NCBI GenBank assembly: GCA_049423385.1
Contig: JBMSQQ010000065.1
Location: 1-20,147, forward strand
Direction of reading: 5' to 3'
Source: Silvanigrellaceae bacterium
GTDB taxonomy: Bacteria > Bdellovibrionota_B > Oligoflexia > Silvanigrellales > Silvanigrellaceae
DNA length: 20,147 bases
A program made the position numbers and the translations under genes. Positions 1 to 11,769 of this stretch are shown in pieces; position 1 is the first letter of the stretch, and each line of letters begins with the position of its first letter. A model generated the notes under the pieces. The model saw nothing but the letters and a program-made list of their open reading frames with translations, did no database searches and was not told the DNA's origin.

Positions 1-1
1 C

Positions 2-610
2 TCGCCGCACGCCGAGGAGTTGAAAATTCTCATTCAGCTTCTCGAAAACCGGCTCCAAAACAAGCTGTTCATAATCGCCCCGCCCGAAGTGGATGCAAAC
101 ACCATCACAAAACTCGAAAATCTCCTCTCGAGCCAGCGGGTCCGGATTCTGAAGATCAGCGACGGGAACCGGGGACTTTGGCCTTCGGAACTCTGTCTGC
201 CGGACGAGACACCGGTCCTCATCCTCGACACTTTTGGTCAGCTTGCTGAAGCCTATGGGCTGGCCGAAATTGCAGTCGTTGGCGGGGGTTTTGATGGTCA
301 ACTGCACAACGTGCTTGAACCCGCGGCATTGCCCGTCGCCACCGTCTTTGGTGACAAGACGGAGCGAGCTCCGGAGGCGCAAATATTGCTCGCCAATAAT
401 GCGGCGCTGAGCTTTGCAAAGCAGGAAATGTTGTTTCAATTTCTCCGGGGCTGGAGTACCCTTGGAATTGATGATGAAGAATGCGGCAATTTAGAGCGAA
501 AGCTCAACACCCTCCGCCAGAATTCAGCATCATTGTTTGCTTCACTGCCCGACCCAAGTGAGGTGGTCTGCCAAGCGCTCGCCAGCAAAGACGCGCTCGA
601 GGCCTTCTGA
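2..610 (+). CDS. waaA: 3-deoxy-D-manno-octulosonic acid (Kdo) transferase, C-terminal part (5'-truncated by window edge)
   Basis: Frame is open from nt 2 (SPHAEE, cf. GSTHxxEE). WaaA C-domain motifs present: IIAP, ILDTFGQLAEAYGLAEIAVVGGGF, HNVLEPAA, VFG. Confidence 0.8.
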   Translation, partial: SPHAEELKILIQLLENRLQNKLFIIAPPEVDANTITKLENLLSSQRVRILKISDGNRGLWPSELCLPDETPVLILDTFGQLAEAYGLAEIAVVGGGFDGQLHNVLEPAALPVATVFGDKTERAPEAQILLANNAALSFAKQEMLFQFLRGWSTLGIDDEECGNLERKLNTLRQNSASLFASLPDPSEVVCQALASKDALEAF

Positions 611-652
611 CTTAAGTCGACAGATTGAACACTTTATTGAAAGATTAAAAAA

Positions 653-2227
653 ATGGTTGGCAAGCAGTTGATTATCAACGCTTCAGCGTTTGAGACGCGC
701 GTGGCGATGATTGAGGGCGGACACGTCGCCGAATATTACATCGAACGGCAAAAAGAACGCGGAATCGTCGGAAGTATTTTCAAGGGTCGGGTTCTACGGG
801 TCCTTCCCGGGATGCAGAGCGCTTTTGTCGATATCGGCCTCGATCGCTCGGCATTCTTGTACGGCGGTGACATTCAACCCCCAGGAGGCCCTTCAAACGA
901 ACTCCCCGAGTTTTTCGAAGAAGACGACAACACAAAACTCACCCCGCCCACTGACGATCCCACCCGAGCCACCAACGCCGATGCCCTCGGTGGACCCACA
1001 CCTTCGATGCGTCCCCAAAGGTTTTTCAAAATCGCCGACCTCGTCAAAGAGGGCCAGGAAGTTTTGGTTCAAGTTGCCAAGGACTCCATTGGCACAAAGG
1101 GCGCAAGAATCACCACTTACTTGAGTTTTCCGGGACGTTATGTGGTTTTGATGCCCAACATCAACCATATCGGCATCAGTCGACGCATCGTCAATGAAGA
1201 TGAGCGCAATCGCCTCAAAACGATTGTTCAGCGCGTGCGACCCGATGGCATGGGCATCATCGTCAGAACGGCCAGCGAAGGTGTGCCGGAAGAAAAACTG
1301 ATTGCCGACATCGATTTTTTGCTCAAGCTCTGGGAAAACGTCAAAGCAAAAGCGAACAAAGCAAAATCTCCGAGTCTCGTTCACGAAGATCTCAATCTTG
1401 TGTTCAGGGCCACGCGCGACCTCATTTCGCGCGATCTCGAGCGGATCGTCATCGACAACAAGGATGTCTACGAAGACGTCGTTCGGTTCCTCAATCGATT
1501 TTCGGTCAAGCTGGGTGCCCAGGTTCAATTGTACCAAAGTGACACCGCGATTTTCGATGCCTACGGTATTGAACTCGAAGTATCGCGGGCTCTTGGATCC
1601 AAGGTCTGGCTCAAATCCGGTGGCTACCTCGTGATCGACAGAACCGAAGCGTTGACCGCCATAGATGTCAACACCGGAAGGTTTGTCGGTGGCAAATCGC
1701 TCGGCGACACCATCGTGAAAACCAACCTCGAAGCCGTTAAGGAAATCGTGCTTCAACTGCGCTTGCGCAACATCGGCGGCATCATCATTCTTGACTTCAT
1801 CGACATGGATCGTCCCGACGATCGCGACCGTGTTTTCAATGCACTGCAAGAAGAACTCAAAAAAGACAAGGCAAAGACTTCGGCTTTGAGAATTTCGGAA
1901 ATGGGCCTGGTTCAAATGACCCGCAAACGCACCGAAGAGAGCCTCTCACAAAAACTTTGCACGCCTTGTCCATACTGTGAAGGCAAGGGAGAGGTGAAAA
2001 GCCCGGCAACCGTTGCGTATGACATCATCCGCGAGTTGGTTCGCGAATTCTCCAAGCTGCCCGCTGAGAATTTTGTTCTCAAGGCTCATCCGCAGGTAAT
2101 CGATCGTCTGTGCGAGGAGGACGCCGAATTTGTGCAGGATGTGCGCGATAGATTTTCCAAAAAAATCGCGCTTAAAACAGCTCCCGAATTTCATCTTGAA
2201 CAGTATGAAATTTCACCCATTCGTTGA
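653..2227 (+). CDS. rng: Ribonuclease G (Rne/Rng family, catalytic domain only)
   Basis: ETRVA; S1 domain GSIFKGRVLRVLPGMQSAFVDIG; KGARITT; LKSGGYLVIDRTEALTAIDVNTG; LRLRNIGGIIILDFIDM; Zn-link CPYCEGKG. 524 aa with no RNase E scaffold tail. Confidence 0.93.
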   Translation: MVGKQLIINASAFETRVAMIEGGHVAEYYIERQKERGIVGSIFKGRVLRVLPGMQSAFVDIGLDRSAFLYGGDIQPPGGPSNELPEFFEEDDNTKLTPPTDDPTRATNADALGGPTPSMRPQRFFKIADLVKEGQEVLVQVAKDSIGTKGARITTYLSFPGRYVVLMPNINHIGISRRIVNEDERNRLKTIVQRVRPDGMGIIVRTASEGVPEEKLIADIDFLLKLWENVKAKANKAKSPSLVHEDLNLVFRATRDLISRDLERIVIDNKDVYEDVVRFLNRFSVKLGAQVQLYQSDTAIFDAYGIELEVSRALGSKVWLKSGGYLVIDRTEALTAIDVNTGRFVGGKSLGDTIVKTNLEAVKEIVLQLRLRNIGGIIILDFIDMDRPDDRDRVFNALQEELKKDKAKTSALRISEMGLVQMTRKRTEESLSQKLCTPCPYCEGKGEVKSPATVAYDIIRELVREFSKLPAENFVLKAHPQVIDRLCEEDAEFVQDVRDRFSKKIALKTAPEFHLEQYEISPIR

Positions 2228-3026
2228 GCGCGCGCAACGCTTCTGAACGATGACTCATGCGGTTTTTTTCTGCGAGCGGAATACTGGCGAACGATAGCTC
2301 CGGCTTGGCGCGCGGGTAAAACATGGCATCGTAGCCATGGCCTTCGCCCTTAAGCAATTCCTGCTCGACTGTTGACACCTGCCCGGTGCAAAATCCCATG
2401 ACCGCATCCAGGCGATAGTGCAATTCTTTCTGGGAAAAATGAAGCCTCGTTGCATAAGCTGCGGAATTCACATTCAGGATTCGTTCGCGCAGTCGGGTCA
2501 TGATCTCATCTTCAGCAGACTCCAACCGCCGGAGAATTTCATCGCTATTTGTCCAGATGTGTTCTGCATTTTTCGGTGGGGCCTCCAACCGACTGGCAAC
2601 CAGCAATGAACAAACAAAATAGGCGGGCTTCCTGATTTCCTGATTCAAGTTCGCTTTTTGAGAGATTAAGTCGATTAAATATTTTCGGTTCCTTGCATCA
2701 TCCCTCGGCTCTCCGGCAAAATTTGCAGAATTCACTCCGGGCTTGTTGTTCAACGTGGGCAAGCATAATCCAGAATCATCGACCAGCGCGGAATCAACGC
2801 CAAACCCAGACAACACCTTTAGTAATTCGATACTTGCCACCAATTTTCGATAACCATTTCCAGTAAACGTCTGACGATCTTCGACAGGAGTGACCCAGCT
2901 GAACCTGTCTTTCAACAAATCTTGTGCCTTTTTAAGACCAATACATTCCTTGTTCTGCAAGGAAAAAGCATGTTCAAATTCTCGCAACTTGCCGGCATTT
3001 CCGGTCGGCACAAAAACACTATCCAT
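2172..3026 (-). CDS. rdgB: Non-canonical purine NTP pyrophosphatase (RdgB/Ham1 family) with internal insertion
   Basis: TGNAGKLREF, EDxxTFxGN, DDSGL...PGVNSA, AYFVC, GHGYD, EKNRMSHR. GGGGCGG SD-like sequence upstream of the ATG. Confidence 0.85.
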   Translation of the reverse strand: MDSVFVPTGNAGKLREFEHAFSLQNKECIGLKKAQDLLKDRFSWVTPVEDRQTFTGNGYRKLVASIELLKVLSGFGVDSALVDDSGLCLPTLNNKPGVNSANFAGEPRDDARNRKYLIDLISQKANLNQEIRKPAYFVCSLLVASRLEAPPKNAEHIWTNSDEILRRLESAEDEIMTRLRERILNVNSAAYATRLHFSQKELHYRLDAVMGFCTGQVSTVEQELLKGEGHGYDAMFYPRAKPELSFASIPLAEKNRMSHRSEALRALNEWVKFHTVQDEIRELF

Positions 3027-3217
3027 GGCCCGCCCCCTGTCGTCGTTTATGCTTTTATAAAATTTTCTTTCAATAAATACGAAAAATCACCTTGAAAATG
3101 AGCCCCAAAAAAACCAGCAAAAGCACAAAAAAACAGCATTTCTTTTCTCGCCTCCTGGTTATTGTTTTTAATTGGATTTTCACCGATTTTTTTTGTCTTT
3201 TCCAAATTTTGATTGAG

Positions 3218-3246
3218 AAAAAACAAAACCACCCCAGGGGGTGGCT
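3218..3246 (-). terminator. Rho-independent terminator downstream of tal
   Basis: Inverted repeat CCACCC-CAGG-GGGTGG (3229-3244), followed on the minus strand by TTTTGTTTTTT, about 30 nt after the tal stop. Confidence 0.75.
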
Positions 3247-3276
3247 CATGATCTACGAATTTTCTGTCCCGAAAGA

Positions 3277-3933
3277 TCAGACGATCGACTTCTGGTTCGC
3301 CTTTTTCCAGTCTTCCATGAACGAGGCCAGACCCTTTTCGGTCAGCGGATGCTGATAAAGGGACATGAGAACCTTGTACGGACAGGTGGCAACATCGGAA
3401 CCCGCAAGAGCCGATTGAATCACGTGTTGTGGGTGGCGAATGCTGGCTGCCAAAATCTGCGTTTTGAAATCATAGTTGTCGTAGATTTCGCGAATTTCCT
3501 GAATCAACTGCATGCCATCCTGGCTGATGTCATCGAGCCTGCCAACAAACGGAGAAATATAGGTTGCTCCGCATTTTGCTGCGAGCAAGGCCTGACCCGC
3601 CTGAAAACACAGCGTAACGTTTGTTTTGATTCCGCGTCCACTCAAAACCTTGCAGGTCTTCAATCCTTCCGGGTTCAACGGTAGTTTGATGACGATATTT
3701 TCATGAATTCTTGCGAGAACCTCGGCCTCTGCGAGCATCTCCGCAGACGTCATTCCAACGACCTCAGCGGAAATTGGACCAGGAATCAGGCGAACAATTT
3801 CATTCAATAGTGATTTGAAATCCTGGCCAGACTTGGCGACAAGGGTTGGGTTGGTGGTCACACCATCGCAAATGCCCAACTCAGCCATGTGGCGAATTTC
3901 TTGAATATCTGCGCTGTCGAGAAAGAATTTCAC
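3277..3933 (-). CDS. tal: Transaldolase (short TalC/FSA-fold subfamily)
   Basis: MKFFLDSAD, DGVTTNP, Schiff-base IKLP, TNVTLCF, LAASIR. SAEV (Glu) and SPFVGR (Phe) are the transaldolase-type residues rather than the aldolase-type Gln/Tyr. GTG start overlaps the upstream stop (GTGA). Confidence 0.9.
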   Translation of the reverse strand: MKFFLDSADIQEIRHMAELGICDGVTTNPTLVAKSGQDFKSLLNEIVRLIPGPISAEVVGMTSAEMLAEAEVLARIHENIVIKLPLNPEGLKTCKVLSGRGIKTNVTLCFQAGQALLAAKCGATYISPFVGRLDDISQDGMQLIQEIREIYDNYDFKTQILAASIRHPQHVIQSALAGSDVATCPYKVLMSLYQHPLTEKGLASFMEDWKKANQKSIV

Positions 3934-5453
3934 GGCTGAAAAACCCCCACATTGTCCAGCGTTGTGCCATTGATACGCATCACCTGAACTTTGTTGTTGC
4001 TGAACGAACCGGCCAGAATCGACTGACCATTGACTGTGAACGAAGCCATACCAGTCAATTCCGAGTCACGCGAGAGCTGGGACGCGGAGTTTGAATCGGT
4101 TGCGATTTGAATGCGACTGGATTCCTTGCCGAGGCTGCTGCGAAATTGATCCACGCGCAGCCAGGACAACGTACAGAACGAACCGGCGTTGACAATCTGC
4201 AGACTTGGCACAAGCGTTCTGACACCTGTCAGGGCAGAAATTCCAGAAGTCATCGATACAGGCGACGGTGTTAACAAATCGCCCTGCAAAATTGGCTGTT
4301 TTGCGTTTGCCGAATGTTGCGCGCGCAATTGGTTGGCCACCTGATCCCAACCAGAAAACGCGATGACATCGGCGGTTTCGGTATTCGTTGTCACAACTGC
4401 GGTCGAGGATGAAAGATTCGCCAACACTCCGGTCAGCGCGCAAGGGATGTTTGCAGGATCCAAGGAAATGGATGACTGAAATCCTGCACGCGAAAAGACA
4501 TAGTCAAGATTTCCGACAACATCGGGAGCCGCAGCAGGATTGGCTTTTTGACCACTGGAGTTGAACGCAACAGGCACAAATCCGATCGAGTCGTTGAGCT
4601 GCTTTCCACTCAACAAAGCCCTAAGGTCAACCACAGCAGCCGATACCGTCCGCAAATCAAAGGCCGCGTTTGGCAATTGCACTTTACCCTGCAGCCAATC
4701 CAATGGTGATGGATTTTTTCCAAAATAACCACCTGTACCTTGAGGAAATGCGACCATAATTCCGCTGGAAGGAAAAACCACCGGCACACCCCAGGACATC
4801 GCGTAGTAACCCAGGTCATTCTCCCTGGACGGGGTATATGCATCGCCAGGCAACTGAGCCAACTTCGCAAATCCGCCAACGCGGGAATACTTGAAGACCA
4901 AGACTTGTGCATCCAGACTGCGTTCTGAAATCGTAACAACAATTGTAAAACTGTCTGTCTGACCATCGATCGGGTTAATCAAGATGCTGCCGATACGACC
5001 AGAGGGGAGTACAACCGAATCGGCTGCCTTGCCGGTATCGGAAGGCAGTCCTGCAGTATCAAGATTGTAAACCTTCAGCTCTCCTGCAGAACCCGAAAAT
5101 CCAGCCACCAAAAAAGAACCACCGCCTGCGACCGCAAGCGATGTTCCGAGCCTTGGAGTTTCAAGAGTCAATAGTGGTATTGCCGAGTCTGATGAAGCTG
5201 ACGGAACAGAGTAGGCCTGGAGAGAACCGGTTTTGAATTCTCCGCTCAGGCTTGCATTCAATACATAATAAACGGCGCGGTTGGGATGACTCGCCAGTGC
5301 GACTGGAGAGTCCAATTTTTGTCCAATGGAAGGGCGCTCAGACCGTCCACAACCGAGAAGCAGTGTGACCACCAGGCTTCCCAGAAGAACAAGCGACAGC
5401 GTGCTGCGCTTGCTCCTTTCCATGTGCAAGCGAAAGACGCTGACTTGATTCAT
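3930..5453 (-). CDS. Uncharacterised lipoprotein, beta-strand rich (possible beta-propeller)
   Basis: About 507 aa. Basic N-region, hydrophobic core and lipobox LLG-C. GAGGAG 8 nt upstream of the ATG at 5453, which overlaps the gyrA stop (TGATG); alternative starts GTG 5456 or ATG 5423. Blade-like segments: PVALASHPNRAVYYVLN, LAVAGGGSFLVAG, ILAGSFSNNKVQV. Confidence 0.75.
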   Translation of the reverse strand: MNQVSVFRLHMERSKRSTLSLVLLGSLVVTLLLGCGRSERPSIGQKLDSPVALASHPNRAVYYVLNASLSGEFKTGSLQAYSVPSASSDSAIPLLTLETPRLGTSLAVAGGGSFLVAGFSGSAGELKVYNLDTAGLPSDTGKAADSVVLPSGRIGSILINPIDGQTDSFTIVVTISERSLDAQVLVFKYSRVGGFAKLAQLPGDAYTPSRENDLGYYAMSWGVPVVFPSSGIMVAFPQGTGGYFGKNPSPLDWLQGKVQLPNAAFDLRTVSAAVVDLRALLSGKQLNDSIGFVPVAFNSSGQKANPAAAPDVVGNLDYVFSRAGFQSSISLDPANIPCALTGVLANLSSSTAVVTTNTETADVIAFSGWDQVANQLRAQHSANAKQPILQGDLLTPSPVSMTSGISALTGVRTLVPSLQIVNAGSFCTLSWLRVDQFRSSLGKESSRIQIATDSNSASQLSRDSELTGMASFTVNGQSILAGSFSNNKVQVMRINGTTLDNVGVFQP

Positions 5454-7930
5454 CACTCAATCTCCTCTGCCGATTCCAGCTGAGTCACGGGGGTGTCATC
5501 GAACTCGCCTGGCTTGCAAACCGAAACAACGCGCTCGCCATCGAGAATGCGCATCAGGCATACACCTTGCGTCAAACGGCCAATCACCTTCACACTCGTC
5601 GTATGAATGCGCAAGACGCGCCCGGTGTTGGTGGTCAGCATCAGATCGGCTGTGTCGGCAACCGACAACAGAGCCACAACCTTGCCATTGCGCTCGGTCA
5701 CGCGAATCGCGTTGACACCTTTTCCGGCTCTGCCTGTGATGCGGTATTCTTCAAGTTCGCTGCGTTTTCCGTAGCCGAACTCGGTGACAACCAGAAGCTT
5801 TTCGCTTCCTGCCGGATCAACCACTTCCGAGGCAACAACGCTGTCACCGTCTTCCATATTGATGCCTGTTACACCACGAGCCGTGCGGCCCATCGCTCTA
5901 ACTTCATCCTCGTTGAACCGGATAGCACGACCCTTGGCGCTCGTGAGAATCACTTGGTTGCGACCATTTGTGATTCTAACTGCAACCAATGAGTCACCTT
6001 CATCGAGCGTCACTGCCCGCAACCCTGTCGCACGGATGTTGGCAAACGCAGAGAGCTCTGTCTTCTTCACAGTTCCTTGCGCTGTGCACATAAACACAAA
6101 CATATTTTCAGAGAATTCATGCACTGGCATCATTGTTGTGATCTGCTCTCCAGACTGAAGAGTCAGAATTTGCGCGATCGACTTACCACGACCATTCGCT
6201 GGTGCTTCGGGCAATTCATAAACCTTGAAGCAATAAACCTTGCCAAAGTTCGAGAACATCAACACGTGATCATGGGTGTGGGCACGGAATGTGACCCTGA
6301 CGAAGTCCTGGTCCTTGAGAGCAGCGCCTGTTTTACCCTTGCCTGCACGGTTCTGCGATCGGAATTCATCCTGCAAAACGCGCTTGATGTAACCACCTTG
6401 CGAAAAGGTCACAAAGACGTCTGCGGGCGGAACAAGCGACTCGATATCCACGTCAGCGGCATCGGTGGTGATCTCTGTGCGACGGTTGTCGCCATGTGAC
6501 TCGCGCAATGCAACAAACTCTTCACGAGCAAGCGCCGCAACACGCGCCGGCTTGGCCAAAATATCCTTCAAGTCGGCAATCGTCACCATGATTTCTGCAT
6601 GTTCGGCGACAATCTTGTCGCGTTCAAGGCCGGTGATGCGCGACAAACGCATTTCGAGAATTGCAGTTGCCTGGCGTTCGCTCAAAGAGAAGCGTGCCAC
6701 CAGCTTTTCCTTGGCTTCATCTGGGCTGGGTGCCTTGCGGATGAGGTCAATCGTCTCATCGAGATTGTCGACGGCGATCTTCAAGCCTTCCAAAATGTGA
6801 AGACGATCTTCGGCCTTGCGCAAGCGGAAGCTGGTGCGGCGTGTGATGACTTCAAATCGGTGGTCAACGAAATGAGAGAGTGCTTCGCGCAAGTTCACCA
6901 ATTTTGGTATACCGCGAACGATACAAACCATGTTGACGCCAAAGCTGTCTTGAAGGCGTGTGCGCTTGTAAAGGTGATTGAGGACGATTTCCCCATTCTC
7001 ACCCTTCTTCACTTCAATGACAATCCGAATGCCTTCCTTGTTGGATTCATCACGGATATCCGAAATTCCAGTGATTTCTTCTTCCTTGACGAGATCGGCA
7101 ATACGCTCGATCAAGCTTGCCTTGTTCACCTGGTATGGCAGCTCTGTGATAATAATTTGCTCACGACCGCCCTTCGTTTGTTCAACCGAAGCACGCCCTC
7201 GGACAGAGATGGAACCACGCCCTGTGCGGTACGCATCGTGAATTCCCTTGAGTCCACAAATCACGCCTGCGGTCGGGAAATCAGGGCCCTTCACAAAACT
7301 CATCAACTGCTCAACGGACGCGGATTCATTGTCGACGAGATGAATCAACGCATCAAGCACTTCGGTAAGGTTGTGTGGCGGTATGTTTGTCGCCATACCC
7401 ACGGCAATTCCAGACTGACCATTCACCAATAGCTGGGGAAAAACCGTTGGCAACACCAATGGCTCGCGCTCACTGTTGTCGTAGTTCGGGCCAAAATCCA
7501 CCGTGTCCTCATCGAGAGACTGCATCAGCGATTCCGCAACCTTGGCCAATCGAACTTCCGTGTAACGCATCGCTGCAGGACTATCGCCATCGATACTCCC
7601 GAAGTTTCCTTGTCCATCGATGAGCGGATAGCGCATCGAGAAGTCCTGCGCCATGCGGACCAGTGCGTCATAAACAGCGGTATCCCCATGGGGGTGATAC
7701 TTACCGAGCACGTCTCCGACGATACGAGCTGATTTCTTGTACGGTTTGTTGTGCACATTGTTCTGTTCGTACATCGCGAACAGAACACGCCTGTGCACCG
7801 GCTTCATGCCATCACGCACATCTGGCAATGCGCGGCTGACAATCACGCTCATCGCGTAATCCAGATACGCATTTTTCATTTCTTCGTTGATGTTGACTGC
7901 TACGATGCCCTGTCGAATCGCTTGTGACAT
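5453..7930 (-). CDS. gyrA: DNA gyrase subunit A
   Basis: [42 protein letters not shown], catalytic AAMRYTE, GyrA-box QNRAGKG, C-terminal pinwheel repeats; directly after gyrB. Confidence 0.97.
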   Translation of the reverse strand: MSQAIRQGIVAVNINEEMKNAYLDYAMSVIVSRALPDVRDGMKPVHRRVLFAMYEQNNVHNKPYKKSARIVGDVLGKYHPHGDTAVYDALVRMAQDFSMRYPLIDGQGNFGSIDGDSPAAMRYTEVRLAKVAESLMQSLDEDTVDFGPNYDNSEREPLVLPTVFPQLLVNGQSGIAVGMATNIPPHNLTEVLDALIHLVDNESASVEQLMSFVKGPDFPTAGVICGLKGIHDAYRTGRGSISVRGRASVEQTKGGREQIIITELPYQVNKASLIERIADLVKEEEITGISDIRDESNKEGIRIVIEVKKGENGEIVLNHLYKRTRLQDSFGVNMVCIVRGIPKLVNLREALSHFVDHRFEVITRRTSFRLRKAEDRLHILEGLKIAVDNLDETIDLIRKAPSPDEAKEKLVARFSLSERQATAILEMRLSRITGLERDKIVAEHAEIMVTIADLKDILAKPARVAALAREEFVALRESHGDNRRTEITTDAADVDIESLVPPADVFVTFSQGGYIKRVLQDEFRSQNRAGKGKTGAALKDQDFVRVTFRAHTHDHVLMFSNFGKVYCFKVYELPEAPANGRGKSIAQILTLQSGEQITTMMPVHEFSENMFVFMCTAQGTVKKTELSAFANIRATGLRAVTLDEGDSLVAVRITNGRNQVILTSAKGRAIRFNEDEVRAMGRTARGVTGINMEDGDSVVASEVVDPAGSEKLLVVTEFGYGKRSELEEYRITGRAGKGVNAIRVTERNGKVVALLSVADTADLMLTTNTGRVLRIHTTSVKVIGRLTQGVCLMRILDGERVVSVCKPGEFDDTPVTQLESAEEIE

Positions 7931-7953
7931 AATCTTTCACCCAGCCTTAAAAA

Positions 7954-10491
<2,538 letters not shown>

Positions 10492-10508
10492 TCTTCATCG
10501 GGGAGTGA

Positions 10509-11696
10509 TCAAAAACGAGTCGGAACAAGCAAATAAAAGACATCCAGACCCTTTTCAGCTTCACCGGTAATCATCACAGGACGGTTGACATTCTCCCACG
10601 ATGCCTTGACCGCAGAGCCGGACAACACATTGAGAATTCCAGTGAGCAAGGTGCCATTGTAGTTGACCACAAACGGTTGCTCGACCGGGGCGGCCAACTC
10701 GACCACCTCTTCACCTTCCTTCAGTCCTGGCGTGAAGCTTTGGACATCCAAAACGGGGCCATCAAAACCCAATTTGATGATGCGGTTCTTGTCGGCAAAC
10801 AACAGCACTCGACGCACACTTTCGAGAAGTGGGGAAAGTCCAATCGTCACCGAAAAATTCACCTTTTGAGGAATCGCTGAAGTGTAGGGCGGATACTTTC
10901 CGGGAATGCACTTCGAAACCATCAGGTAGTTTTCCGTTTCAACTGCAAAAAACAGTCGCTCGCCGTTCCAGCGCAATCGATAATCTGCTGATGGATTTGC
11001 GGCACACAATCTTCGGAGTTCATCGAGAGCTTTTTTCGGAACCAGAACAGAACTGTCGTCGATGTGTTCCGCCATGAGCCCATCCGTCAGCTGGGCTTTT
11101 GCGAGTCGGTAAGCATCCGATGCGACAGCCTGCAAATTCAAACCATTGCTTGAATCAGCCCAAATCAGGGCGCCATTCGCATAAAAACGGGTGTCATCTG
11201 TCGAGACAAAATCACGAAATGCATTGACCCAACGCTCAAGAAAATCGCCCTTTACAACAATCGACGTACCCTCCTGCGGCACAACAACGTCGGTTTGGGT
11301 TTGATCCTGAACCAATTGAAGCTTGGCCGATGAGCGGCCGCATTTGACCACAAGGCGTTGAGGGAGTTCGGCTACAAGCGTGATTTTTTCGGGTGGAAGT
11401 TGGCGCACGTACTCACTTAACTGTTTGCCCGAAACTTTGAGCACACCCTTGCCATCATGCTCTGCGGCAAACGCATACCGGATGGAAAGATTGTGGCTGA
11501 GAGCGCTGACAACAACTTGGCCCTGACCATTGAACTGGAATTGCACCCAGCCAATATCTCCATCAGCTTGAGCAGCCGTGACGGCGGCCAGTGCAGCAGC
11601 CAATTTGTCACGATCAATCACTGCGCGAATGGAAGCACCCGTTTCACCCGACGTATCGGCGTTGTTGCTTGAACTGCGCATGCCCTGATTCTGCAT
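10509..11696 (-). CDS. dnaN: DNA polymerase III beta sliding clamp (divergent)
   Basis: Recognisable but altered motifs: DDTRFYANG, VASDAYRLA, VLVPKKAL, GKYPPY, YNxxLL, C-terminal YLLVPTRF. 395 aa; AGAGGAG SD 7 nt upstream; lies between oriC and gyrB. Confidence 0.9.
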   Translation of the reverse strand: MQNQGMRSSSNNADTSGETGASIRAVIDRDKLAAALAAVTAAQADGDIGWVQFQFNGQGQVVVSALSHNLSIRYAFAAEHDGKGVLKVSGKQLSEYVRQLPPEKITLVAELPQRLVVKCGRSSAKLQLVQDQTQTDVVVPQEGTSIVVKGDFLERWVNAFRDFVSTDDTRFYANGALIWADSSNGLNLQAVASDAYRLAKAQLTDGLMAEHIDDSSVLVPKKALDELRRLCAANPSADYRLRWNGERLFFAVETENYLMVSKCIPGKYPPYTSAIPQKVNFSVTIGLSPLLESVRRVLLFADKNRIIKLGFDGPVLDVQSFTPGLKEGEEVVELAAPVEQPFVVNYNGTLLTGILNVLSGSAVKASWENVNRPVMITGEAEKGLDVFYLLVPTRF

Positions 11697-11769
11697 GGCT
11701 CAACTCCTCTGATGACTTTTCTTTTGCTGCAATGGTGTACATGAGTCCAACGAGGGGGACAAGCTTTGC

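Noticed and set aside
893..1915. 340-aa antisense ORF inside rng
   Set aside because: Codon-aligned shadow of a conserved gene; no recognisable motifs.
7670..7700. Thr at the GyrA Ser83-equivalent position as acquired quinolone resistance
   Set aside because: Thr is the wild-type residue in several taxa (Pseudomonas, Campylobacter), and the Asp87 equivalent is intact.
11640..11656. GTTTCAC as a parS half-site
   Set aside because: The second half of the palindrome is absent, and it lies within dnaN.
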